DNA of 64,000 bases from a virus (IMGVR_UViG_2890725172_000001:1-64000); one strand, 5' to 3'. Shown: positions 1 through 8,936, counted from the stretch's first letter. Made by a program: numbers and translations. Notes: generated by a model from the sequence alone, not told the origin.

Positions 1-75
1 GCGCCGTTGATAAGTTGGCAATATTAAACGGCAGGTCAACGTGTGGTAGAAGGATCTTGACCCATTGAAAATCCA

Positions 76-96
76 TCGCCGCGACGTCGCCGCGAC
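76..96. repeat. Tandem TCGCCGCGAC direct repeat upstream of int; possible integrase arm-type sites
   Basis: tcgccgcgac-g-tcgccgcgac seen directly; the att role is inference. Confidence 0.4.
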
Positions 97-144
97 CAAG
101 GAATCCATCCCCATCGAACCCATCACACACCCCCGAAGGAGGGG

Positions 145-1413
145 TTGACCATGGCAACTACACGGCCTCGCGCGGGCGGCAGCGTCCGCAAGGTTACCTC
201 CAAGAACGACCCCTGCCCACACGGCAAGGGCGCCAAGTGCGACTGCCGCTGGCGCGTCCAGTACGTCGACGGATCAGGCAGGCAGCGCGAGCGCAAGTTC
301 GACACCAAGGCCCAGGCCGACGCCCACCTCACCGAGGTCAACAAGGCCAAGATCACCACCGGCTCGGTGCCTGGCCACCTCACCGGCGACTCGCCCACGG
401 TCGAGCAGCTGTGCGACAAGTGGTTCGCCCACCGGGCCGACTTCACCCCGGGCACCGTCCGCAACTACCGGAGCAAGTGCCGGTGCCACATCGTGCCCTT
501 CTTCGGCGCCACAACCATGGTCTCCAAGATCACCAACGACCAGGTGGAGCAGTTCAGGGATCACCTGTATGCGGAAGAAATCTCCCCCGGCGAAGTGATC
601 ACGATCATCTCCAGCGTCCTGAAGGGAATGCTCGAATACGCCCACGAAAAGGGCTGGGTCGGCCGCAACCCCTGCATCGGGGTCCGCTTCAAGCCGGTTC
701 CCGAGAACGAGGTGTACCTTCCCACCCGTCAGAACGTGCTCGACATGGCGGAGAAGATCGATCCCTTCTACCGGCTGACCATCTTCCTCCAGGCCCTTCT
801 CGGCCTGCGGGCAGGGGAAGTCATGGGCGGCTCATGGGACTGCATCCGGGACGGCTACTTCCGCGCCTACCGGCAGCTCGACACGGCAGGGGAACTCATC
901 CCGCTCAAGGGGAAGAAGGAGGGCGAGTACCGGGACATCCCCATCCCCCCGCAGATGGCCGAGGAATTCGAGCGGCACGGACACCTGTACGGGCGGGAAG
1001 GCTGGTTCTTCCGCTCCCCGCGCAGGCCTGGGTACCCCATCGGGCGTACTGCCCACACCACGGCGTTCAACACCGCGCGCCTGATGCTCGGGTTCCACGA
1101 CGGAAGCTTCGTCCCTCAGTGCCTGCGGCATTACTTCTGCACCAACATGGTGCGGGTCACGCAGAACATTGCACTGGTCGCGGTGTGGGCTGGGCACGCG
1201 AGTGTTCAAACGACCTACGACAATTACTTCCACTACGTCGACGAGGACATCCGAATCGGCGCCGCCGCGTCCGCGCTTTTCCTCCGCCCCGACTTTATCG
1301 AGGCGGCGGAAGCCGGAAAGCCGGTAAATGACTTGGTCATTTCACCGCTGCGGGAGCCGGGAAAGAAGCCGCGAAGGCGGCATTTAGCGGGTGTGGCAGC
1401 CGGTCCGCTTTAA
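145..1413 (+). CDS. int: Phage tyrosine integrase
   Basis: N-terminal arm-binding motif WRVQY..G..RERKFDTK; catalytic GLRAGE, QCLRH (HxxR position), GHAS and YDNY. Confidence 0.92.
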   Translation: MTMATTRPRAGGSVRKVTSKNDPCPHGKGAKCDCRWRVQYVDGSGRQRERKFDTKAQADAHLTEVNKAKITTGSVPGHLTGDSPTVEQLCDKWFAHRADFTPGTVRNYRSKCRCHIVPFFGATTMVSKITNDQVEQFRDHLYAEEISPGEVITIISSVLKGMLEYAHEKGWVGRNPCIGVRFKPVPENEVYLPTRQNVLDMAEKIDPFYRLTIFLQALLGLRAGEVMGGSWDCIRDGYFRAYRQLDTAGELIPLKGKKEGEYRDIPIPPQMAEEFERHGHLYGREGWFFRSPRRPGYPIGRTAHTTAFNTARLMLGFHDGSFVPQCLRHYFCTNMVRVTQNIALVAVWAGHASVQTTYDNYFHYVDEDIRIGAAASALFLRPDFIEAAEAGKPVNDLVISPLREPGKKPRRRHLAGVAAGPL

Positions 1414-1637
1414 GCGGCCTGCTGCTCCAGCCATTCGGCGAGATCGGTCGGGAAACAGCGCAGCTGGTTCCCGACCTTTGTCATGGGGATGCCGACCGTC
1501 TTCCAGTTGTTCTGGAGCCAGCGGTGCTTGACGTTGAGGTAGGTCGCCACGTCCTCAAGGGTCCACATGGGCTCGGTCAGCTCAAGCGTGCGGCGAGCGG
1601 GGCGTCCGGGCCCACGGCGCGGGGTGGCGGCGGTCAT
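1410..1637 (-). CDS. Excisionase-like HTH_17 DNA-binding protein
   Basis: WTLEDVATYLNV...GIPMTKVGNQLRCF..DLAEWLE; adjacent to int. Confidence 0.8.
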   Translation of the reverse strand: MTAATPRRGPGRPARRTLELTEPMWTLEDVATYLNVKHRWLQNNWKTVGIPMTKVGNQLRCFPTDLAEWLEQQAA

Positions 1638-1835
1638 GGGCTCAACGATGCCGGGGGTGTGGCGCGGGAGGAAGAGTTTGCCAACTCAGGTACAAGTGCG
1701 ACCGATCCCTGTTTTGGTTGCACTCCTGGAGGGGTTGCGTAACTCCCGGAGTCGGGCGTAACGTTCCTGCTGCACCTCCTGCTGCGCCGCGACCCAGACG
1801 CACCCGCACCCGCGTCCAGGCCGCAACTGATCTCG

Positions 1836-2014
1836 GGAGGGGCCCGACAACTCCATAGCCTGCGCCCCAGAGGGGGGCGGGGAGCCTGAGCCCCTGACGG
1901 CACAGTCCCTCCTTAACGTCGTACCGGGAGAGTCGACGAGGAGATGCTCCGCCACCACGCTGACGTCCCCCTCTGTGGCACAGGCTATGGAGTTCGTCAT
2001 TTCTGAGCCCCTCC
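1836..2014. ncRNA. Candidate structured RNA closed by a long terminal stem (Y RNA-like)
   Basis: ~45-bp imperfect inverted repeat (1836-1879 / 1964-2014) plus an internal hairpin; directly upstream of TROVE. Confidence 0.45.
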
Positions 2015-2035
2015 GCATGAAGACGGAGACCCCCC

Positions 2036-3784
2036 ATGATCGACATTCAGCCTCGGGGCCTGTTCGAACCCAAAGTTCCCGGCGTCCTTCCGCCGCTTCC
2101 GTTCGCGCCCAAGCCGGTGATCAAGACATCGCCGGGCCCTGCCCAGCGCGGCTGGCTGTACAGCCAGGCCGTCATCATCGCCACCAGCTGCCTGCTGGGA
2201 CGCAGCTCCCTCGCCCCAGCCGGGGCCAGCCGCAACGACGGCTTCCGCAAGGTCGTGCGCCAGCTCGCCGTCCATGATCCCGAGTGGCTCACCGACCTCA
2301 TCTCCTGGCTGCGCCGGGAGAACGCATCCAAGACCGCGATCTTCGTCGCGGCGGAAATGGCGTACGCACGCCAGCGCGCCGGGCTCACCGGCCACACCGC
2401 CTACGCCGTCGCGACGGCCCTCAAGACTCCGTCAGATCCTGCGGAGCTGCTCAACCACTGGAAAGAGGTCTACGGCATGAAAACCCTGCCTCGCGCGATC
2501 ATCCGGGGGATCGCCGCCCGGCTTCCGCACCTGTACACGCAGGACGCGTTTCTGCACGACAACCCGACAGGCGGGGAGTTCACCTGGGCGGACGTCCTCA
2601 ACCTGACCCACCCTCGGGTCCGGCCGGAAGACTTCGAGGTGGGGCCGGAGATTCGCGCCCAGAGCCTGACCACCACCCAGCTCGCCGAACGTGCGGAGCT
2701 GTGGATGATCCTTCAGCAGACGCTCTTCAGGCACGTCCTCGACACCCAGTACCAGGCGAACGTCCCTACGCCCATCAGCCTGCGAACGATCTATCACTAC
2801 AGGTCGCTGATGCGCACCCCGGAGATCATCCGCGCTGCCATACTCCAGCGCCGTGGCGCCCCGAATGGGTTCGTAACGGCCGGGTTCACGCCCCAGGACA
2901 TGGCGCGCTGGCTGCCCGGCGCCTGGACGCACGCGAAGTGGGCTGCCGTCGTCGGGGGGATGACGTTGGCCGACAAGCTCGCACACCTCGCCGCCTTCGA
3001 CGAGGCCGGGCTGGAGGATGAGGTGGCCGAGGTGATCGCGGGGGAGATCTCGGACCCGGCTCTCATCGCGGCTAACCGCATCGGCCCGATGGCGGTCCTG
3101 GCCGCCGCGCGCAACGCGGGTAGCCGCTGGAAGCCCTACCTGACGACGGCCCTCGCCCAGTCCCTGAACAACGTTCCGATGCTCCCCGGCCGGACGCTGA
3201 TCTTGGTCAACATGGCCCCGGCGATGTTCCTGCCGACCGAATCCAGCTCGCGTGTCACGCGGGCCGACATGGCAGGTGCTATCGGCGCCATCTTCGGCAA
3301 GAGGTCGGAGATGGCGACCATCGTCGGACTCACCCCCCGGTCGCCGGAGATTCTCTGGCGACCGGGGGACAGCGTCGCCGACATCGTCGGCAGGTTCCTG
3401 CCTCACGGTCCGGCCGACGTCGCCGGAGCGCTGGCCGCTCATTACCGGGGCCACGACCGTGTCGTGATGGTGACCGGATCGCTCGACCACGACATGCTCT
3501 ACCGCAACCCGTTCCCGGGTAACAAGGCCTACCGGAACCCTTACGCCGGGCGCGGTGTGGAGCAGCTGCCGCCCACAGTGCCTCTGTACACCTCGCTGCT
3601 CGACCCGCAGGCGGCCATTCCGCAGCCGTCCGGCACTGACCTCGACAGGGCCGCCGACCTCAGGCGTGTGGTCTCCGTCTGGAGCGGCGACATCGGGTTC
3701 GGTCTCCCGCTCATCCTGGAGAACGCGCGCAACAGCCGGTGGCCCTGGCTGGGTCGTCACGCGCAGGAAGCGGGAGTGGCCTGA
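2036..3784 (+). CDS. TROVE-domain (Ro60/Rsr-like) protein with degenerate vWA domain
   Basis: VRQLAVHDPEWL..L..WLRRE, ADVLNLTHP and LPGRTLILV match actinobacterial TROVE proteins; MIDAS DxSxS replaced by NMAPA. Confidence 0.8.
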   Translation: MIDIQPRGLFEPKVPGVLPPLPFAPKPVIKTSPGPAQRGWLYSQAVIIATSCLLGRSSLAPAGASRNDGFRKVVRQLAVHDPEWLTDLISWLRRENASKTAIFVAAEMAYARQRAGLTGHTAYAVATALKTPSDPAELLNHWKEVYGMKTLPRAIIRGIAARLPHLYTQDAFLHDNPTGGEFTWADVLNLTHPRVRPEDFEVGPEIRAQSLTTTQLAERAELWMILQQTLFRHVLDTQYQANVPTPISLRTIYHYRSLMRTPEIIRAAILQRRGAPNGFVTAGFTPQDMARWLPGAWTHAKWAAVVGGMTLADKLAHLAAFDEAGLEDEVAEVIAGEISDPALIAANRIGPMAVLAAARNAGSRWKPYLTTALAQSLNNVPMLPGRTLILVNMAPAMFLPTESSSRVTRADMAGAIGAIFGKRSEMATIVGLTPRSPEILWRPGDSVADIVGRFLPHGPADVAGALAAHYRGHDRVVMVTGSLDHDMLYRNPFPGNKAYRNPYAGRGVEQLPPTVPLYTSLLDPQAAIPQPSGTDLDRAADLRRVVSVWSGDIGFGLPLILENARNSRWPWLGRHAQEAGVA

Positions 3785-4077
3785 TGGCATGGTGGGGCAA
3801 GTTACGGTGGTGGCGGAGCCCGCGCTATTCAGGCTTCTCCGTCGATCCCGAGAAGGTCCACATGCTGATGTTCGACCTGCGGAGCCTGTGGGAGCTGGAC
3901 GCGCGTGAGGACTACTTCCCCAAGCAGGATCTCCGCTACAGCTGGGATCCACGAACCCGCTGCTTCCGGGTCTACCTCACCCCGTTGCAGATCACACGGC
4001 TGAAAGCCCGTGGCTTCTGGGAGAACAAGTTCGGCCGCTACGGCAAGGATCGCAACTATCCCGCCAGCAGCGCATGA
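3784..4077 (+). CDS. Hypothetical protein
   Basis: ATG overlaps the TROVE stop; followed by a terminator. Confidence 0.65.
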   Translation: MAWWGKLRWWRSPRYSGFSVDPEKVHMLMFDLRSLWELDAREDYFPKQDLRYSWDPRTRCFRVYLTPLQITRLKARGFWENKFGRYGKDRNYPASSA

Positions 4078-4078
4078 C

Positions 4079-4110
4079 AAAGCCCCCGCCGCTTCCCCGG
4101 CGGGGGCTTT
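4079..4110. terminator. Bidirectional intrinsic terminator
   Basis: aaagcccccgccg...cggcgggggcttt between convergent genes. Confidence 0.75.
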
Positions 4111-4118
4111 CGTGTGTG

Positions 4119-4418
4119 TCAGGCTCGATCGCCGTCCGGCGAAGGCTCGGCCGATTTCACGTTCAATACGTCCACCAGGCCCTGAAGCGTCGACAGCTGG
4201 ACGTTGAGCTCGTCGAGCATCAACGGACTCCCATCGGCCTGATACCTGTCGTAGGCCTTCCAGGCGGCGCCGAAAGCGCCGTCGACGGCGTCGGCCAGCA
4301 AGGTGCCAGGCCAGTTACGGAAGCGGGTGTAGGCCCGCCTGCGGGTCTGGTCACGCTGGGCGTGGTTGGCCGTCACCGGCAGCCGCCGGTTGAACAGGTT
4401 GAGCAGAAAGTCGATCAC
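4119..4418 (-). CDS. Hypothetical protein
   Basis: Coupled ORF (ATGA overlap). Confidence 0.65.
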   Translation of the reverse strand: MIDFLLNLFNRRLPVTANHAQRDQTRRRAYTRFRNWPGTLLADAVDGAFGAAWKAYDRYQADGSPLMLDELNVQLSTLQGLVDVLNVKSAEPSPDGDRA

Positions 4419-4819
4419 ATCAGCCCCAGCATCTGGTTGAGCTCCAGCTCGTCATCGGCGTCATGGGCCTGGCTGGCGACGACCGTTCGGGCCTGGACGG
4501 CTCGCATCAGCGCCTGTTCCTCGTCGGCCTCGCGGCCGGTCCAGCGACCGACGACGATCGCTCCCAGCCACGGCCACAGCCGGACGACAAGACTGGTTCC
4601 GACGCGGAACGGGTACTCGATCTCACGCGTCGGCGCCGTATGGAAAACAGGACTACCCTTTTCAAGCTTCAAAGTATGGGCGTAGAAGCCCGCGAATTCT
4701 TTTAATTGCGGCACAAAGACGACCCTATAAAAGAATCGTCCGTATTTATGTACGCGCTGGCTTCTTCCGCATGCTCTTGTATTGCCGGTCGGGGTGCGTC
4801 GGGGCCGTTTCCTGCTCAT
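4415..4819 (-). CDS. Hypothetical phage protein (start uncertain)
   Basis: TREIEYPFR motif typical of large actinophage ORFs; coupled to the downstream gene. Confidence 0.55.
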   Translation of the reverse strand: MSRKRPRRTPTGNTRACGRSQRVHKYGRFFYRVVFVPQLKEFAGFYAHTLKLEKGSPVFHTAPTREIEYPFRVGTSLVVRLWPWLGAIVVGRWTGREADEEQALMRAVQARTVVASQAHDADDELELNQMLGLM

Positions 4820-5285
4820 AGGCGTAGAACGGGATCACCTCGGAGTCGAGGAATTCACCAGGCGAGTGCGTCGCCTTGAACTCCTCCCAGATCTCCGGCT
4901 CGACGTCGAAATAGACATACCGCGACCCATTGCGGAACCTCACCCGCAGCTGCCTGGTCCGCTGGTTGTAGCCAGCAGCTTTGGTCCGGGGACGCTCATG
5001 GTTGGTCGTCGCGGTCGGCTGATAAGGCAGCAGATCGATGTCGCTGCCGTCTGATGCGTCCTGGAGCTGACGACGGAGCCACGGGTCACGTGCCTCGTCC
5101 AGGTACCAGAACGGGTCGGGTCGTAGATCCCGTCGCCGACGCCTGAACGTGCGCTTCTCGGGACCGTAGTTCTTGCCGTTGTCGTAGTCCTTGTCGAGGA
5201 CCGAGCTCGCGAAGTTCTCGCCCTGGCCGGAGTCTCGACCGGCGATGTCATCCCAGGACGGTACGTTAGGGCGCTTCGGCGCCAT
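4746..5285 (-). CDS. KTSC-domain protein
   Basis: AGYNQRTRQLRVRFRNGSRYVYFDVEPEIWEEFKATHSPGEFL. Confidence 0.85.
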   Translation of the reverse strand: MAPKRPNVPSWDDIAGRDSGQGENFASSVLDKDYDNGKNYGPEKRTFRRRRRDLRPDPFWYLDEARDPWLRRQLQDASDGSDIDLLPYQPTATTNHERPRTKAAGYNQRTRQLRVRFRNGSRYVYFDVEPEIWEEFKATHSPGEFLDSEVIPFYAYEQETAPTHPDRQYKSMRKKPART

Positions 5286-5378
5286 ATGTCTTCTCCCAAA
5301 GGCCAGCCGCGACCACGTTGATCGGCTAAGCTTTTCTACGAATGGCGGACATTATCCGCAGTTCTTGGTATGTCACCA

Positions 5379-5456
5379 TCCGGCCGCCCTAGTAAGCACT
5401 GAGGGCAGAAACCCGAGCCGACTTCGGCACAGTGACCGAAGGACGGGGCGGCCGGA
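5379..5456. ncRNA. Candidate small structured RNA
   Basis: 11-bp closing stem, AGUA/GAA loop-E-like motif, three-way junction. Confidence 0.35.
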
Positions 5457-5463
5457 CCAACCA

Positions 5464-5658
5464 CTAGTCGATGACCACGAGGCCGAGACGGGCCCACGAA
5501 TCGGCATCAATACCGTTCGCCCGCTGAACCTCGGCGTCTGGCAACTCGGCCGAGGTCACGGTGTTACCCACGAGATAGTCGACGTCGATAGGCTTCGGCT
5601 CCGGGGACTGAACAGTCCAGCCGAGAGAAGCCTCAGACGCGTCAATGGTGTTGTTCAC
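5464..5658 (-). CDS. Small hypothetical protein
   Basis: ORF with RBS; contains GWTVQ. Confidence 0.55.
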   Translation of the reverse strand: MNNTIDASEASLGWTVQSPEPKPIDVDYLVGNTVTSAELPDAEVQRANGIDADSWARLGLVVID

Positions 5659-5716
5659 GGAATTCGCCCTTCAGGAATTCTTTATCTGAATTCCATTATT
5701 GCGGCGAATGCCGAAT

Positions 5717-5848
5717 TTATTGCTGTTGGACGGTCCAGCCCTCGTCCATTACCGGGCCCATTTCATCATGCTTCTCGCCGTGCGGGCAGTAATAGCCGGG
5801 GTAGTGGACACCTTCGTGGTTGTAGCAGGTGTCGATGGCGATGTTCAC
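5717..5848 (-). CDS. Small hypothetical protein (43 aa, not in ORF track)
   Basis: GAGG RBS, GTG start overlapping the upstream stop; MNIAIDTCYNHEG...GWTVQQQ. Confidence 0.5.
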   Translation of the reverse strand: MNIAIDTCYNHEGVHYPGYYCPHGEKHDEMGPVMDEGWTVQQQ

Positions 5849-5997
5849 ACTGACACCTCTTCCCTTTGGGGGAAGCTCAACGACCGGCTCTCAGCTGCGA
5901 GTTCATGTGAATCCCGCGCCGATTGCGCCATGGACTTGCGGGCATCGGCCAGGATGGCGGACGCGGCCTCGTAGAAGGGGTCGTCGAGGAAGTTCAT
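5845..5997 (-). CDS. Small hypothetical protein (50 aa, not in ORF track)
   Basis: Translational coupling at both ends. Confidence 0.5.
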   Translation of the reverse strand: MNFLDDPFYEAASAILADARKSMAQSARDSHELAAESRSLSFPQREEVSV

Positions 5998-6302
5998 ATG
6001 GTGCGCCTCTTTGGTCGCGGCGGACTGTCGTTCAGAAGGTCCTCAACCGCTGTTACGACCCGGGCCAGCGTGGTGTTGTTGGTCTCCAGGACCTTGGCCA
6101 TCTGGGCGGCGAGCGGGAGGAGCTGATCGACGACGGCCCGTGCGGCATCGCGCTCTGCGACCACACGCCGATAGGCGCGTCCGGAGACGATGATCTCGAA
6201 GACGAAGGCCACGAAAATGAACGCCGCCACCGGCCCGAGGACGCGGGGGTCCGTCAGCGCGAGATCAACACTCGGCGCCGGAAGGGGGGTGGGAACGTTC
6301 AC
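5994..6302 (-). CDS. Small membrane protein
   Basis: One TM helix followed by a coiled coil. Confidence 0.65.
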   Translation of the reverse strand: MNVPTPLPAPSVDLALTDPRVLGPVAAFIFVAFVFEIIVSGRAYRRVVAERDAARAVVDQLLPLAAQMAKVLETNNTTLARVVTAVEDLLNDSPPRPKRRTI

Positions 6303-6368
6303 TGAGGGAAAACCGCCGATCGTTAGTTACTAATTCAACGATACGACGTGGAACGTTCTCGATATAAA

Positions 6369-6462
6369 GGGTGGTGGTGAGGCCTCCGCTGTAATCAACC
6401 GTGCCAGCGCACCGCACGGAGTGCTACGGATGTCGTCTGTGCCATCTGGCGCACCACCACCC
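6369..6462. ncRNA. Candidate small structured RNA
   Basis: gggtggtggtg / caccaccaccc closing stem with inner ccgtgc/gcacgg helix. Confidence 0.3.
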
Positions 6463-6528
6463 ATGAGGATCTTAGCGTAAAACACGGCACCCGCCCCGGT
6501 AACGACAGGGCGGGCGCAGTTTGAAGCA

Positions 6529-7086
6529 CTAGAACGAGCCGCCGTATTTCTCGGCGAACGCGGGGAACGGTATGGACCGGCCAACCGCCATGTCGCGCCA
6601 GAAATTGGCCTGGACGATCCGCTCGGCGTCGTCCACGACCTCGGCCGCCTCGAACGTGCCTCCGTCTCCGTAGTGCATCATTACCAGGGTGGCTGAGTCG
6701 AAGAGCCAGTAGTCATGATGAGGCAGCCCTGTCGGCCACTCGCCGGGTGACACCGGAAGGAGCCTCACGTCTTCACCGGCCCGCACAGTGTGCGTATAGG
6801 CCCATGCGCATTCGAAGCGGACGTAGTCCGACAAGGGTTCTTCCACGACATGCACGCGGTGCAGAAGCTTCCCGGCAGCACGCGCCGGTCTGACGGTCTC
6901 TTCTATCCATCGGGCGATGCCCGGGAACTCACCGCGCTGCTGCCCGCCCAGGAAGAGATCGAATTCCGCCTTTTCGTAGGACACGTCATAGCGCTGCAAC
7001 GACTCCAAACGGTAGGCGGTGAAGCGGAAATCGGTGAAGAAGCGGTTGAACTCCGCGTCGTCGAGGGACTTGAAAGTCTGTCCCAC
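6529..7086 (-). CDS. DUF6879-family protein
   Basis: AYRLESLQRY, RVHVVEEPLSDYVRFE, DYWLFD. Confidence 0.85.
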   Translation of the reverse strand: MGQTFKSLDDAEFNRFFTDFRFTAYRLESLQRYDVSYEKAEFDLFLGGQQRGEFPGIARWIEETVRPARAAGKLLHRVHVVEEPLSDYVRFECAWAYTHTVRAGEDVRLLPVSPGEWPTGLPHHDYWLFDSATLVMMHYGDGGTFEAAEVVDDAERIVQANFWRDMAVGRSIPFPAFAEKYGGSF

Positions 7087-7115
7087 TACTAACCTCCGTT
7101 AGTTAGGTTAGCTTT

Positions 7116-7781
7116 CTACACTTCTGCGGGTTCGGCTTCGGCGATCTGCCGGGTGAGCTCTACCAGCTCGTCGTCCGTCACACGGAGCGTGCGGTGCCGG
7201 AGATTCCAGATGAGGGCCCTCAACGCGCGGAAGAAGGTGACCGTCCTATCGATCTTTTCCTGCGCCTCCAGGTCCATCTCTAGTTCCTTGTTCTCGTCGA
7301 ACCTGTAGACGAGGCTGCCGAAATGCCTGACGACGAAACGGTCTGCCAGAACGTAGAAACGCTCATGAGGCAAGGAGGCGACTTGGTTACCCATGTTGAG
7401 GTCAGAGTGGGTTTCCTTGAGGTCCTCGATTTTCTGTCGCACGATTTCCCGGCCTGTGCCGTGTCCGGCATAGGAGACGATGCCGAGGAAGACTTCATCT
7501 GCCTTGTGGACGAAGATTCCCGCCTTCGTCGACTTGGGGAGGACCTCCACCAGCTTCTTGATGACGCGGCGCCGGGGCCGGGAGGTTCCGTGCCACAGAC
7601 CCCAGGTGCCAAAGGCGTTCACGACGGTGATCACGAGTCCCTTAAGGATCCCGATGACACTTCCGGCGGCGATGCCCTCAGCGAGGTCCGAGACGCTAAG
7701 AAGCACCATGACCCCTGACCAATAAAGCGCGAGGACGAACTTGGCAACGCTCATGATTAAGCGATAGGCGAGGGCTGTCAT
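7116..7781 (-). CDS. Membrane protein, hypothetical
   Basis: Two N-terminal hydrophobic helices. Confidence 0.65.
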   Translation of the reverse strand: MTALAYRLIMSVAKFVLALYWSGVMVLLSVSDLAEGIAAGSVIGILKGLVITVVNAFGTWGLWHGTSRPRRRVIKKLVEVLPKSTKAGIFVHKADEVFLGIVSYAGHGTGREIVRQKIEDLKETHSDLNMGNQVASLPHERFYVLADRFVVRHFGSLVYRFDENKELEMDLEAQEKIDRTVTFFRALRALIWNLRHRTLRVTDDELVELTRQIAEAEPAEV

Positions 7782-7854
7782 CTCTGTTCTTTCATGTCCT
7801 TAGATACGACTAAGGCCACCAGGCGTCTGTGTGAACACCTGGTGGCCTTGGGGA

Positions 7855-8157
7855 TCACGTGCCGGATTCTACCGGTCCGTCATAGTTGGTACACCGGCAA
7901 TCGGCCAGCTGGTAACCCTTGAATCCGCCGTCTTTGAAGATCGCCTCTTCGTGCTTACCGGTGCATACCTTCTTCTTGGCGTCGTGGTAGGCGAGGGTGT
8001 GCCGACAGCTGCACCGGTTTGCAGTGGTCATCCATCGCTGCCGCTCTTTTCGAACGCCGCTATCGAAAGCGATGCCGCCGGTGATGAGCATGAGGGCGGT
8101 GATGGCCAGTCCTCCGGCGAGGCCGACGATGAGCAGGGTGTTTATGGACTGGTTCAT
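7855..8157 (-). CDS. Membrane-anchored Cys/His-rich protein
   Basis: N-terminal TM; CSCRH...H...C...CRC. Confidence 0.65.
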   Translation of the reverse strand: MNQSINTLLIVGLAGGLAITALMLITGGIAFDSGVRKERQRWMTTANRCSCRHTLAYHDAKKKVCTGKHEEAIFKDGGFKGYQLADCRCTNYDGPVESGT

Positions 8158-8249
8158 GCGTCTCCTACCGTGTGCTTCCAGATCGCCAGGGCTTCCTCCC
8201 GGAGGTTCACTCCTAGACCTTCGTGGCAGCGCAAGTCGTGAACTCCACC

Positions 8250-8936
8250 TCAGCGCTCGACGGGGTCGGGAACCAGGGCGCGGGAGAGGACCGCGACCCA
8301 GTCAGGGGCTACCCAATCTGCGGGCTTGAGGACCTTACCCAGCTCGTTGCGATGCACCCGGCCGTCCGGCCAGCGCTTGCGCAGGTTGGCCTCGTGGACG
8401 GCTTCGAAGAAGACCTCATCGTGGATGCGGTACTCCCGCAGGGTCCTGTGCATCGCGGCGATCAGGGCGACGAGTGCGTAGGCCAGCTTGTTGCGCTCGA
8501 CCATCTCACCGGTAGACCCGGGCGTGGTCTTGCGGAGGAAGTCGAAGGCGTTGACCAGACGCTCGACGCAGTCGATGACGCTTCCTGGTGTGACCTCGTC
8601 GGGGTCGGGAGCGTCCAGCTGCAAGGCGATGATCGCGTAGGCGCACGTGTACTCGACGTCGACGCCCTCTTGAGCCCAGTGAGCCAGGGCGGTGCGCTGT
8701 TCCTTCTCGGCGTGCGCCAGCCCGAAGGAGCGGGACAGGTCATCAAGTGCGTCGAAGTACTCCTCGATCTCGCTGTAGATGAGTCCTTCGCAGGTGGAGA
8801 TGACCGCGTTGCGGTTGTCGGCGCCGGGTCCGGCGGTCGGCTGTTCGTAGGCGTCGATGAAGTGGCTGAGGCAGCGCAGACGCCATTGATGCTGGTCAGC
8901 AGGCATGGGGGGGACTGTGAGGACGGTAGTCACCAC
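8250..8936 (-). CDS. MazG-like / PRA-PH NTP pyrophosphohydrolase
   Basis: LIYSEIEEY, EGVDVEY, VHEANLRK..DG...GKVLKPADWVAPD. Confidence 0.8.
   Translation of the reverse strand: MVTTVLTVPPMPADQHQWRLRCLSHFIDAYEQPTAGPGADNRNAVISTCEGLIYSEIEEYFDALDDLSRSFGLAHAEKEQRTALAHWAQEGVDVEYTCAYAIIALQLDAPDPDEVTPGSVIDCVERLVNAFDFLRKTTPGSTGEMVERNKLAYALVALIAAMHRTLREYRIHDEVFFEAVHEANLRKRWPDGRVHRNELGKVLKPADWVAPDWVAVLSRALVPDPVER

Noticed and set aside
1-144. A defined att core or host tRNA remnant at the window start
   Set aside because: No tRNA fold is visible and the partner site is outside the window
237-3952. Long alternative-frame and antisense ORFs (237-1331, 2432-3952; likewise 42456-43481 and 46998-47942)
   Set aside because: Shadow ORFs of GC-rich coding sequence overlapping well-supported genes
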